From assembly GCA_964384945.1 (NCBI GenBank), contig CAYLMK010000001.1:350710-414709 (forward strand): DNA of 64,000 nt, in the 5' to 3' direction. The notes under the pieces are model-generated. The model ran no database searches. It was not told the DNA's origin and saw only the letters and a program-made list of their open reading frames with translations. Within the stretch, counting starts at the first letter, position 1. The number at the start of each line of letters is the position of its first letter. A program made the translations under genes and the position numbers. Shown piece by piece: positions 47,122 through 56,362 of the stretch. The stretch is from an uncultured Thermodesulfobacteriota bacterium (GTDB lineage Bacteria; Desulfobacterota; DSWW01).

Positions 47122-47457
47122 ATGATACTCGTTACGGCAAGAGTCAGGGCGCGAGCCGAAACGCGGTTGGAGTTCCTGCAGACCCTTCGAGCCCTGATGG
47201 TGCCCATGAGGAAAGAAAGAGGCTGCATAAGCTGCCACTGGCACATCGACATCGAGGATGAAAACTCTTTTCGTCTGGTTGAGGAGTGGGAAACGCAGCA
47301 GGACCTCGAGAACCATGTGAATTCGCATCATGTCCGAGTATTGACCGGAGCCATCCTTCTGCTGTGTGAGCCGGCACCGCAGGAGATAAACACCTTCGCA
47401 GACATCCCGGGGCCGCACGTCGTCAAGACAGTCTTTGGTCGGAGAGACCGTGCGTAG
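47122..47457 (+). CDS. Antibiotic-biosynthesis-monooxygenase (ABM) ferredoxin-like fold protein
   Basis: RKERGCISC, FRLVEEWETQQDLENHVNS pattern; 111 aa. Confidence 0.8.
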   Translation: MILVTARVRARAETRLEFLQTLRALMVPMRKERGCISCHWHIDIEDENSFRLVEEWETQQDLENHVNSHHVRVLTGAILLLCEPAPQEINTFADIPGPHVVKTVFGRRDRA

Positions 47458-47533
47458 TTCGATTGCAGGCGCCGGGGGTGACGAGAATGCGCATCTGTTG
47501 CTTCTCAGGGAAACCAGTGCGACGGGGGGAACA

Positions 47534-49162
47534 ATGAAAGGAACAGATCGGGCATGGGGGATTCTCCTCTGCATCGTCCTTTTTCTGGGGCTGGCGATCG
47601 ACGCGCGGGCCTTCTTCGTCGACGACAAGCAGACGCTCCAGTTTCGCACCCGAATGCAGACACGGGCCACGTTTCGTCTCAGCGACGCTTCCGGATTTAC
47701 GAATCCGGACACGAGCGCCGGGGATCTGGTCCAGTGGCGCAACCTGGCGTTATCGGAGATCGATCATGACCTGAGGGAACTGACCCGGACGCTGCCCGCC
47801 CTGTCGGTCTTCAGGAAGCTCGAGATCCGGACCAAGTATCACCTGGTGGGACGGTTCATGTACGAAGCCCTTTACAATACAGGCTCCCAGGGCTTCAAGG
47901 ATGTCCGCGAACTGGACAAGGAAAACATCGACAGCTTCAAGCAGGCCTATGACCTGTGGGAGGCCTATGTCGATCTTTCGCGGGGCCCCCTGTTCGTTCG
48001 CGTCGGGCGGCAGAACCTTGCCTGGGGGGAAACGGACATTTTCCGGCTTCTGGATTTGATCAACCCCCTGGACAACACCTTCGGCGGCCCCTTCGAGGAT
48101 CTGGATGACCGGCGGATCCCTCTCTGGATGTTGCGTACGAGCTGCAATCTAGGAGACCTGGGGCCCCTGACGTCGGTCGGAATCGAGGGGTTCTGGGTGC
48201 CCGGCACCTGGGATGCCCGCGTCGGCCCCTGGGCGCCGGACGGAACCCCCTATGAAATCCCGCTGCCCGCTGAATTGATCCCCTTCCTTCGAATCAACAC
48301 CCCGGACAAATCCGCATCGAACAGCCGCTGGGGAGCACGCATACAGGCCATGCTGGGGTCGAATCTGAACGTGTCGGTGGCCCATTACAAGACCTTCCTG
48401 GATTTGCCCACCCTGCGCTCCGTGGTGGTGCAGGATGTGCCGGTTCTGCTCGAGCTGACCGATCTGGAATTGCAGGCCACGTGGCCGGACGTGCAGATTA
48501 CCGGCGCAAGCATGAGCTACTGGGAGCCCCATATCGATTTCGTATTTCGGGGCGAAGCGGCCTGGTTCTGGGAGGAGCCGGTGTTCATTCCGGAGATCAA
48601 CACGAGCACACTGTTCGGCCCCACGCTGCCTCTTTCCCCGCCCGTGCTGGATTTCATGGCGGGTATTCTTGGAATCGATATTCGGGACATGGGGCTGAAC
48701 GGCCTGCCCTTGAACCCGCAGAGCGGATCCATCCCCCAAAAGGATATCCTCCGGTACATGATCGGGTTCGACAAACAGATCTGGATCCGCCCCTTGAACA
48801 ACCTGAGCACCTTTTTTGTCAGCATGCAGTACTTCGGCCAGTGGATACCGGATTACGACGATCGCATGCGGCAGGCAGTCCCCCTCTACCCCGACTTCGT
48901 CCGCTACCCCAAGGTAAAGGAAACCGAGAGTGTCTTCACGGCGATCGCAAGCACTATGTACCGGGGCGGCACGGTCGTCCCGCAACTCGCGCTGGCCTAT
49001 GACGTCCGCGGCGCACTCCTCATCCAACCTTCGGTCAACCTCATACGGGAACCGTTTCGGTTCATGCTGCAGTACAGCGCCATCGAGGGGAATTTCACGA
49101 ATTTCGGTGCCTTCCGGGACCGGGATCAAGTGAGCTTCATGTTGTCCTACCTTTTGAACTGA
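47534..49162 (+). CDS. DUF1302-family outer-membrane protein
   Basis: Signal peptide, LWEAYVD, VRVGRQNLAWGETDIFRLLDLINPLD...RRIPLWMLR, C-terminal RDRDQVSF. Confidence 0.82.
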   Translation: MKGTDRAWGILLCIVLFLGLAIDARAFFVDDKQTLQFRTRMQTRATFRLSDASGFTNPDTSAGDLVQWRNLALSEIDHDLRELTRTLPALSVFRKLEIRTKYHLVGRFMYEALYNTGSQGFKDVRELDKENIDSFKQAYDLWEAYVDLSRGPLFVRVGRQNLAWGETDIFRLLDLINPLDNTFGGPFEDLDDRRIPLWMLRTSCNLGDLGPLTSVGIEGFWVPGTWDARVGPWAPDGTPYEIPLPAELIPFLRINTPDKSASNSRWGARIQAMLGSNLNVSVAHYKTFLDLPTLRSVVVQDVPVLLELTDLELQATWPDVQITGASMSYWEPHIDFVFRGEAAWFWEEPVFIPEINTSTLFGPTLPLSPPVLDFMAGILGIDIRDMGLNGLPLNPQSGSIPQKDILRYMIGFDKQIWIRPLNNLSTFFVSMQYFGQWIPDYDDRMRQAVPLYPDFVRYPKVKETESVFTAIASTMYRGGTVVPQLALAYDVRGALLIQPSVNLIREPFRFMLQYSAIEGNFTNFGAFRDRDQVSFMLSYLLN

Positions 49163-49211
49163 GGAGGCCGAAAGACCTCTGTCGAAGACGAAGAAGAAGG
49201 AGACTCGAACC

Positions 49212-50510
49212 ATGAAAGAAAGACTGTACATGCCCTTCTGTTCGATCGGCTTGCTGCTTCTTGTGGCCCTTCCGTCCCAGACGCCTGCCGATGTATCCCC
49301 TGGCGACGTTCTTGATCGGTCGAACTATGAAAAGGCGGAGGGACTTTTGCCCCCGTCCGTCCTCGCCTGGATCAAGAAAGGCGAGCTGATCGCCGAGGTG
49401 AAAGAGCTCACCTTTGACTCTTCCGAGTATTTTGCGCCTCCGGCGAGGAAACGATTTCAGGAGAACGTGGGAAAGTACGACCTGGACGAACACGACACCA
49501 TCATCGAAGCAAAGACCGGAGCTCGCCCCGATTCCATTGAAGGAATCCCCTTTCCCCAGCCCGACCTGAACGATCCGAAGGCGGGCGCGAAAATCATGCA
49601 GAACCAGTTCTACTACAAGTATGCGCAAGGGAATCTGCGGTTCCCGTTCCAGGCAAGCTGGATCGGCCCTTCCGGCTTCGAGAGGGAGGTCGTGTGCGCG
49701 TGGAGGGTGTTCGTGCTCGTCGGTTACCCGGGGGCGAAGGGTCTTTCGAGTCGGAACGGGATCGAGCGGTACGGAATCATTCAAGTCCTGTCCCCCTTCG
49801 ATATAGCGGGCACGAACGTATTGCTCTGGCGCTATCTGGACGAGCGAGCGGACAGCTCGTTTTCCTACGTTCCGGCCATTCGACGGGTTCGGCGCATGAG
49901 CCCCGCGAACCGCTCGGACGCCTTCATCGGGCTCGATATGAGTGTCGACGACGCTTACGGCTTTGACGGAAAGGTAGGCACCTTTGCGTGGAAGCTCCTT
50001 CGGAAACAGGAAGCCCTTCTGCCTTTTGTCAGCGATCGTCCCGGGCTCCTGGAGCCGGCCGACCGAGGACAGTGGCAGTCCGCCAAGTCGGTCAAGCGGG
50101 TCAGTTACGGTTATGAGAAAGAAGGATCGCAGGTGGCGCCCTGGATGCCGACCAACCTGGCCTGGATAAAGCGAGAGGCTTACGTGATTGAAATGAAGCC
50201 AAAGGATCCTTACTACAACTACGGACCCCAGTACATGTGGGTCGATGCGGAGAATTTCTGGTGCTGCTACAAAATCATTCATGATCGGGCAGGCCAGTAC
50301 TGGAAGACCTTCTGGGTTGCCGAGCATCCGCTGGAGAGCGCCGACAAACAGCTTCGCTGGATCGGTACCGGAACGCATGACATGGTGGACGACCGCAGGC
50401 AGCATGCGAGTCTCCTGAGATCCATTTCTCCGGAAAACCAATTCGTGTATTACGCCGTTGAAGATCGAAACGACTACTCTCTCGCCGGCTTTCAGAAGTT
50501 GTGCAAATAG
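49212..50510 (+). CDS. DUF1329-family periplasmic protein
   Basis: Signal peptide, DVSPGDVLDRSN, GIPFPQPDLNDP, YVPAIRRVRRMS, YDRAG-like HDRAGQYWK. Confidence 0.85.
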   Translation: MKERLYMPFCSIGLLLLVALPSQTPADVSPGDVLDRSNYEKAEGLLPPSVLAWIKKGELIAEVKELTFDSSEYFAPPARKRFQENVGKYDLDEHDTIIEAKTGARPDSIEGIPFPQPDLNDPKAGAKIMQNQFYYKYAQGNLRFPFQASWIGPSGFEREVVCAWRVFVLVGYPGAKGLSSRNGIERYGIIQVLSPFDIAGTNVLLWRYLDERADSSFSYVPAIRRVRRMSPANRSDAFIGLDMSVDDAYGFDGKVGTFAWKLLRKQEALLPFVSDRPGLLEPADRGQWQSAKSVKRVSYGYEKEGSQVAPWMPTNLAWIKREAYVIEMKPKDPYYNYGPQYMWVDAENFWCCYKIIHDRAGQYWKTFWVAEHPLESADKQLRWIGTGTHDMVDDRRQHASLLRSISPENQFVYYAVEDRNDYSLAGFQKLCK

Positions 50511-50574
50511 GCCGAAATCGGTTCTCCGGGAATCGCGGAACACCTTGTACGGCGACGAGAGGGGAGGAGCAAGA

Positions 50575-51549
50575 ATGGACATCGTAAACCGGATGCTGTC
50601 CGGCGACAGGCGCGCCCTGTCGCGCCTTGTGACGATGATCGAAAGGGAGTCGGATGAAGTCGCGGAGGTGATGCAGCTCGTGCAGCCACACACCGGGAAC
50701 GCCTATTGTCTGGGAGTCACCGGCCCTCCGGGAAGCGGCAAGAGCACGCTGGTGGACAAGCTGGCCCTGCTTCTGCGCAGCCGGGACCTGAGTGTGGGAA
50801 TCATAGCCCTCGACCCCACCAGCCCGTTCTCGGGAGGCGCCATCCTCGGGGATCGCATACGCATGGACCGTCATGCCCTGGATCGCGGCGTATTCATTCG
50901 GAGCATGGCCACAAGGGGGAGCCTGGGAGGTCTTGCAAGGGCCGTAAAGGACACGGTGAGGCTCTTCGACGCATCCGGAAAGGATATCTGCATCATCGAG
51001 ACGGTCGGGGTGGGGCAAATCGAACTTGACATCGTAGACACGGCGGACACCGTTGTGGTCGTCTCCATGCCGGAGACGGGCGACTCCATTCAGGTCATGA
51101 AGGCCGGCATACTGGAGATCGCGGACATTATGGTTGTCAACAAGGCGGACCTTCCCGGGGCGGAAAGGCTTGCGATCGATCTGGAAGGAATGGCCAGGGA
51201 CAACCAGAGACACCCCTGGTGGAGGGTCCCGGTGGTTCTCACCGTGGCGAAGAAGAATGAAGGGCTCGAGGGGCTCATGGAAAAGGTCGAGCAGCACAGG
51301 AAGGCCCTGGAGGAGACCGGTCAGCTCTCGGTTCGGCGGCAGGAGCAAAGGGCGAAGGAGTTCATGGAAATCCTCGAACGGTGCATCCGGGATCGCCTCA
51401 CGAAGGGAAGGCATTCGAACGGCCGTCTCGGTGAAATCATACAGGAAGTCGTGAAGGCGAAGCGCAACCCCCATTCCGCCGCCATGGAGATTCTGAACGA
51501 CAGGAGTCTGGTCCAGGGCTGGCTGTTTGGGACGGAGGAAAACCCGTAG
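50575..51549 (+). CDS. meaB: MeaB/ArgK GTPase chaperone of B12-dependent mutases
   Basis: GVTGPPGSGKSTL, DPTSPFSGGAILGDRIRM, FIRSMATRG, IETVGVGQ, MKAGILEIAD, VNKAD. Confidence 0.95.
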   Translation: MDIVNRMLSGDRRALSRLVTMIERESDEVAEVMQLVQPHTGNAYCLGVTGPPGSGKSTLVDKLALLLRSRDLSVGIIALDPTSPFSGGAILGDRIRMDRHALDRGVFIRSMATRGSLGGLARAVKDTVRLFDASGKDICIIETVGVGQIELDIVDTADTVVVVSMPETGDSIQVMKAGILEIADIMVVNKADLPGAERLAIDLEGMARDNQRHPWWRVPVVLTVAKKNEGLEGLMEKVEQHRKALEETGQLSVRRQEQRAKEFMEILERCIRDRLTKGRHSNGRLGEIIQEVVKAKRNPHSAAMEILNDRSLVQGWLFGTEENP

Positions 51550-51570
51550 CGGCACAAGGGGAGGAAGGCC

Positions 51571-53259
51571 ATGTTCGACAAGGGAAAGCTTGACGAGATC
51601 AGAAAGGCAAGGGAAGAGTGGGAAAAGACTTTCCTGCGGCCGGCGCTCGAGAAGATCGGCCCGAAGAGGGAAATGATGAGCCTCGGCATCGGCCATCTGG
51701 AGACCCCATTCAAGGAGATTTACACCCCTGTCGACCTCGAGGAGATCGGATTCGATTACCTGCGGGACGTCGGCTTTCCCGGAGCCTATCCTTGCACCCG
51801 AGGCACGGAGCCTACGCGGGACCCGCAAAGGCCGTGGCTCATTCGGTTGTACGCGGGATACGGAACCCCCAGGCAGTCCAACGAGCGCTACAAGTTTCTC
51901 CTGAAGGAAGGCGCGGAAGAGATCGTCATGGCCGTCGATCTGCCCACCCAGATCGGCTATGACGCGGATCACGCCATGTCTGCCGGCGAAGTGGGACGAG
52001 TCGGCGTCTCGCTCAGTTCGCTCCGGGACATGGAGGAGGCCTTCGAGGGCATCCCCTTGAACAGCATGCGGCGCGTCGCCATTCTCGGCAATGCGATCGG
52101 GCCCATCGCCCTCGCATTTTTCATTGCCCTGGGCGAGAAGCAAGGCCTGTCCCCCGGGGATTATGTCGTGGATCTCCAGAACGACGTGATCAAGGAATAC
52201 GGCACTCGAGGCACGCAATTCCTGCCGGCGGAACCGGCCGTAAGGCTTGCAACCGATGTGGTCGAATATTGCGTCGAACATCACCCGAACTGGCAACCCT
52301 TGACGGCCTGCGCCGCACACTATGGCCTGGGGGGCTGCGCGGCGGCTCACGCCGCCGGCCTTTCCGCCGCCTTTCACTACATCGATGTCCTTCTCAAGAA
52401 GGGGCTGGACATCGACCGGTTCGCGCGCATGTTCAGTCTGTTCACCATCGGAGAGCCCACATTCGCAGGGGTTGCGGTGATCCGGGCAGCAAGAAGGATC
52501 TGGTCAAGAACGCTCCGGGAAAAATACGGCGCAAAGGACCCGAGATCCCTGGCATTGAAGATGACGGCGTACACGATCGGGGAGTCCACGGCGCAGCAGA
52601 CCATGAACAATATCATACGCATCGCCTACGGGACACAGACCTATGCGCTCGCAGGGGTCGACTACATCTACAACGCCTCCTACGACGAGGGCCTGGCGAT
52701 CCCCACGGAGGAGGCTGCACGGCTGGCGATCCGGACGCAGCAGATTCTTGCCCACGAAACCGAGATCCCCTACACGGTGGACCCCTTTGCCGGCTCCTAT
52801 TTCGTCGAGAGCCTGACGACGAGAGTCGAGAACGAAATCCGCAGGTATCTCAAGGAAATCGAAAGGATCGGAGGCCCGATTCCAGCTATCGAGGCGGGAT
52901 GGATTCAGAAACAGATGGGGGAGGAGGCCTACAAGAAGAGGGTTCGGATCGAGAAGGGCGAGAGAATCCACGTGGGGGTGAACAAGTACAGGGTGGAGGG
53001 GGAGCGCGTCCCGACGACCTTTCAACCCGACCCGGCCTGTGCGGAGAAGAGAATCGCAAGCCTGAATCAGCTCAAGAAGGAAAGGGACAACGCTGAGGTA
53101 AAGCGGTGTCTCGCCAGGATCAAGGAAGTATCGAAGACGCAGGAAAACGTCGTTCCCGCCGTGCTGGATGCGGTCCGAGCATACGCAACCCTCGGAGAAA
53201 TCTGCGATGTGTGGCGCGATGTCTTTGGCGAATACGAGTTTTCCAAAGCCTACATGTAG
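51571..53259 (+). CDS. Adenosylcobalamin-dependent acyl-CoA mutase, substrate-binding (large) subunit; strongly diverged
   Basis: GFPGAYPCTRG, RLYAGYG, DLPTQIGYD, GEVGRVGV, QNDVIKEY..RGT, RTQQILAHE, VDPFAGSYFVE, YATLGEI. No fused B12 domain. Confidence 0.9.
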   Translation: MFDKGKLDEIRKAREEWEKTFLRPALEKIGPKREMMSLGIGHLETPFKEIYTPVDLEEIGFDYLRDVGFPGAYPCTRGTEPTRDPQRPWLIRLYAGYGTPRQSNERYKFLLKEGAEEIVMAVDLPTQIGYDADHAMSAGEVGRVGVSLSSLRDMEEAFEGIPLNSMRRVAILGNAIGPIALAFFIALGEKQGLSPGDYVVDLQNDVIKEYGTRGTQFLPAEPAVRLATDVVEYCVEHHPNWQPLTACAAHYGLGGCAAAHAAGLSAAFHYIDVLLKKGLDIDRFARMFSLFTIGEPTFAGVAVIRAARRIWSRTLREKYGAKDPRSLALKMTAYTIGESTAQQTMNNIIRIAYGTQTYALAGVDYIYNASYDEGLAIPTEEAARLAIRTQQILAHETEIPYTVDPFAGSYFVESLTTRVENEIRRYLKEIERIGGPIPAIEAGWIQKQMGEEAYKKRVRIEKGERIHVGVNKYRVEGERVPTTFQPDPACAEKRIASLNQLKKERDNAEVKRCLARIKEVSKTQENVVPAVLDAVRAYATLGEICDVWRDVFGEYEFSKAYM

Positions 53260-53270
53260 AGGGGGCATCC

Positions 53271-53669
53271 ATGAAAGCGAAGAAGAAAGTCCTGATGGCA
53301 AAGGTCGGCCTCGACGGCCATGATGGCGGCGTGAAGGTCATCTGCAGGGTCCTGCGGGATGCCGGCATGGAGGTGGTATACACGGGTCTTCGTCAGACCC
53401 CGGAAAAGATCGTTGCGGCGGCCCTGGACGAGGATGTGGATGCGATCGGCATCAGCATCCTGTCCGGCGCGCACATGCATCACATGCCTCGTATCATGCA
53501 GCTCTTGAAAGAGAACAATGCAGAAGATATCGCCGTCATTGTGGGAGGAACCATCCCGGTCGGCGATATCGAGCCGCTCAAGAGCCTGGGGGTTGCCGGA
53601 GTCTATCCCACAGACACGGACACGAGCGAGGCGATCGCCTTGTTGAACAGTCTGCCGGCGAGGAAATAG
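53271..53669 (+). CDS. Cobalamin-binding small subunit of the mutase
   Basis: LDGHDGG (DxHxxG), GMEVVYTGL, ISILSGAH, VGGTIP; 132 aa. Confidence 0.93.
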   Translation: MKAKKKVLMAKVGLDGHDGGVKVICRVLRDAGMEVVYTGLRQTPEKIVAAALDEDVDAIGISILSGAHMHHMPRIMQLLKENNAEDIAVIVGGTIPVGDIEPLKSLGVAGVYPTDTDTSEAIALLNSLPARK

Positions 53670-53714
53670 GGACGCAACAAGTGAGGCCGGTGTGACGCAT
53701 CATGGAGGTGCCGC

Positions 53715-54491
53715 ATGAGGATGCGTGAAAAGGTCGCCATAGTCACAGGTGCCGGGGCAGGCTTTGGCAGAGGGATTGCAGCAATCCTTGCAGGGGAAGG
53801 GGCCAGGGTCGTTGTCGCAGACATTGACGAGAAGGGGGGAAGGGAGACGGTCGAGATCCTCGAAAGGCAGGGAAGGCGGGCCGTCTTCGCAAAGGCGGAT
53901 GTGTCCAAAGCGGCCGAGGTCGAGGAAATGACAAAGGCCGCGGTCGCAGAGTTCGGCCGCATCGATGTGCTGGTCAACAATGCCGCCGTCTGCAGGCTCT
54001 CCCCTCTCACGGATCTCACCGAGGAGGAATGGGACCGTCATCTGAACATCAACCTCAAGGCGGTCTGGCTGACTTCGAAATACGCAATTCCCCACATGAT
54101 CCGGGGGGGAGGGGGAGCCATCGTCAATATCGCTTCTCTCTCAGGGGTGAAGGCCCGCCCGTTCATGGCGGCCTACTGTGCCTCGAAAGGGGGGGTGATC
54201 ATGCTCACCCGGGAGATGGCTGTCGAGCTGGCCGCTCATCAGATACGTGTCAACAGTGTGAGCCCTGTCTTTGGGGAAACCCCCATGGGCGCGGGTCTCC
54301 TCGATCAGGCGGCCGTCCATTACAGATTGGGCAGAGCGGACCTGGCCAGAGAGTTGGTGATTCAGGGAATCCCGCTCAGAAGGGGGGCTACTCCGGAGGA
54401 CATCGGGCACGCTGTACGCTACCTGGCGTCGGATGAAGCGTCCCTGGTCACCGGGATCAATATAACCGTTGACGGGGGCGCCTCCGCCTAG
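53715..54491 (+). CDS. Classical short-chain dehydrogenase/reductase, probably NAD-dependent
   Basis: TGAGAGFGRG, VVADID, VNNAA, YCASKGG (YxxxK). Confidence 0.92.
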   Translation: MRMREKVAIVTGAGAGFGRGIAAILAGEGARVVVADIDEKGGRETVEILERQGRRAVFAKADVSKAAEVEEMTKAAVAEFGRIDVLVNNAAVCRLSPLTDLTEEEWDRHLNINLKAVWLTSKYAIPHMIRGGGGAIVNIASLSGVKARPFMAAYCASKGGVIMLTREMAVELAAHQIRVNSVSPVFGETPMGAGLLDQAAVHYRLGRADLARELVIQGIPLRRGATPEDIGHAVRYLASDEASLVTGINITVDGGASA

Positions 54492-54643
54492 CAGGCCTTT
54501 GGAAAAGGCCCATCTGCGGCGTTGCGCTCATCCTTCGTCGCTGCGGCAGACGAAATGTCCAGCCTCATTCCTCAGGATTTCGCGCGCCTTGCATCTGGAC
54601 CTTTTTGAACGGCCTGCGTCACAGCAGCTTTTCAACAGGCTGC
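54491..54643. mobile_element. MITE/REP-like intergenic element (about 127 bp, imperfect terminal inverted repeats) plus a second partial end
   Basis: GCAGGCCTTTGGAAAAGGCCCATCTGC at 54491 pairs with GCATCTGGACCTTTTTGAACGGCCTGC ending at 54617; a related end, GCTTTTCAACAGGCTGC, lies at 54627-54643. Confidence 0.65.
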
Positions 54644-54692
54644 CAGAAATCGCTTCGCCTGTTTGTGGGGCGAGAGAAGAAGGAGGAACCGA

Positions 54693-55478
54693 ATGGCAAC
54701 ACAGAAAGGAAAGCGAAAGACGATCGTTCAGGAGCTCTATGTGCTTGATGGCGGCGCCATAGACCTGGACAGGAGCAGCCTTACCTTCGGGCACGGCATG
54801 GGCGAGAGGGTTCGTGTGCCCACTCCCATGTATCTGATCAAGACGACCGAAGGCAACATCCTGTTCGACACGGGCTGGAATCCCCAGATCATCCCCGTGC
54901 TGTCCGAGCTGGGCTTCAACCCGGCCGTAACGGAGGAGCATGCCCTTCCGGGCCAGCTCGAGAAGCTAGGACTGAAGCCGAAGGATATCAGCAAAGTCGT
55001 GCTGTCCCACATGCATGTGGATCATGCGGGGGGCGTTCAATTCCTGCCGGACGCGGAGATCATCGTTCAGAAGGCGGAATACCGTTACGCCTTCAACCCG
55101 CACAGCTTCAGTCAGCTCGCCTACAATGCGGGAGACTTCTCGTTCCCTTCCTACCATTGGACCCTCATCGACGGGGATCAGGTCCTCATGCCCGGCCTGG
55201 CGGTCGTGCTCGCCAACGGTCATACCCCGGGCCTGCAGGCCCTGGTCATCGATCTGCCGGACACGGGCGTCGTCATTCTGGCCAGCGATTGCTGCTACCT
55301 GTCGCAGAACGTGGAGGAAGAGGTCATTCCGGGGATCGTATGGGATCCGACCCGCGCTCTTCATTCCATCACAAAGCTCAAGACTCTGGCGCAAATCCTG
55401 GGTGGAGAGGTATACCCGAATCACGACATAGACAGGTGGAACAGGGTGATCAAGAAGAGTCCGGACTACTATACATGA
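54693..55478 (+). CDS. Metallo-beta-lactamase-fold lactonase (AiiA / AttM / 4-pyridoxolactonase family)
   Basis: ILFDTG, SHMHVDHAGG (HxHxDH), GHTPG, LASDCCY, PNHD; no signal peptide. Confidence 0.88.
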   Translation: MATQKGKRKTIVQELYVLDGGAIDLDRSSLTFGHGMGERVRVPTPMYLIKTTEGNILFDTGWNPQIIPVLSELGFNPAVTEEHALPGQLEKLGLKPKDISKVVLSHMHVDHAGGVQFLPDAEIIVQKAEYRYAFNPHSFSQLAYNAGDFSFPSYHWTLIDGDQVLMPGLAVVLANGHTPGLQALVIDLPDTGVVILASDCCYLSQNVEEEVIPGIVWDPTRALHSITKLKTLAQILGGEVYPNHDIDRWNRVIKKSPDYYT

Positions 55479-55506
55479 ACAAAGAAGGAGTGGAAGGAGC
55501 AAAGCC

Positions 55507-56349
55507 ATGACGGAAAAGAAAAACGCGGACCCGCGAATGCCGCCGGATGATGCCTTCCCCGGCCCGGATGTAATCCGCAAGCTGTTTGATCTGTCGGGCA
55601 AGGTGGCCCTCGTGACCGGCGCCGCCTCGGGCCTGGGAAGACAGATAGCGCTCGGACTGGCCAGCTTCGGTGCAGACGTGGCCGCAGCGGACATCAACCT
55701 GCCCGGAGCCGAAGAGACGGCCGAGGCGGTCGGCGGGATAGGCAGAAAGCCTTGCGCAATCCGGGTCGATGTTGCGGACTGGTCTCAGGTCAGTCAGATG
55801 GTCCAGAAGGTCGTGGAGCAGTACGGAAGGCTCGACATCTGCTTCAATGTCCCGGGAATCAACATAAGAAAACCGGCGCTCGAACTCTCCCCGGAGGAGT
55901 ATGGCCAGGTCGTGGACCTTAACCTCAAGGGGCTCTTTTACTGTTCAAAGGCGGCGGGCGAGGTAATGGTGGGCCGGAAGAGGGGCAAGATCATCAACAT
56001 GGCCTCCATCTTCGGGCTTTGCGGAGGCCCTCTCCAGTCGGCCTATGCATCGAGCAAGGGCGGCCTGATCCAGCTCACCAAGGTCCTGGCACTGGAATGG
56101 GCCGCCGCGAATGTCCAGGTCAATGCGCTGGCTCCGGGATATCACATGACCTTCGGCCCCATCGCGAAGCAGTATCTGGAGACACCCGAAGGCAAGGTGA
56201 TGATGGAAGCGATTCTGTGCAAGATCCCGCAGGGACGGGTGGCGCACGCGTCGGAAATCATAGGCCCTGCGGTCTTCCTGGCCTCGGATGCTTCGAACTA
56301 TGTCACCGGCACGGTGATCGTGCCGGATGGAGGCTGGACCGCCCCGTAA
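55507..56349 (+). CDS. Short-chain dehydrogenase/reductase (gluconate-5-dehydrogenase / KduD-like branch)
   Basis: TGAASGLG, AADIN, GKIINMAS, YASSKGG, VNALAPG, LASDASNYVTG. Confidence 0.9.
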   Translation: MTEKKNADPRMPPDDAFPGPDVIRKLFDLSGKVALVTGAASGLGRQIALGLASFGADVAAADINLPGAEETAEAVGGIGRKPCAIRVDVADWSQVSQMVQKVVEQYGRLDICFNVPGINIRKPALELSPEEYGQVVDLNLKGLFYCSKAAGEVMVGRKRGKIINMASIFGLCGGPLQSAYASSKGGLIQLTKVLALEWAAANVQVNALAPGYHMTFGPIAKQYLETPEGKVMMEAILCKIPQGRVAHASEIIGPAVFLASDASNYVTGTVIVPDGGWTAP

Positions 56350-56362
56350 CAGGAGACTGAAG

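Noticed and set aside
50511-50574. Cobalamin riboswitch or other structured RNA upstream of meaB and the mutase
   Set aside because: The spacer is too short and no B12-box or other conserved riboswitch or tRNA features were recognised here or elsewhere in the window.
51571-53669. Annotating the mutase as ordinary methylmalonyl-CoA mutase
   Set aside because: Many substrate-channel motifs are replaced and no epimerase or carboxylase accompanies it.
54693-55478. Interpreting the lactonase as a quorum-quenching AHL lactonase
   Set aside because: The family fits, but the gene is embedded among catabolic enzymes with no luxI/luxR context; a metabolic lactonase is more parsimonious and AHL activity is untested.
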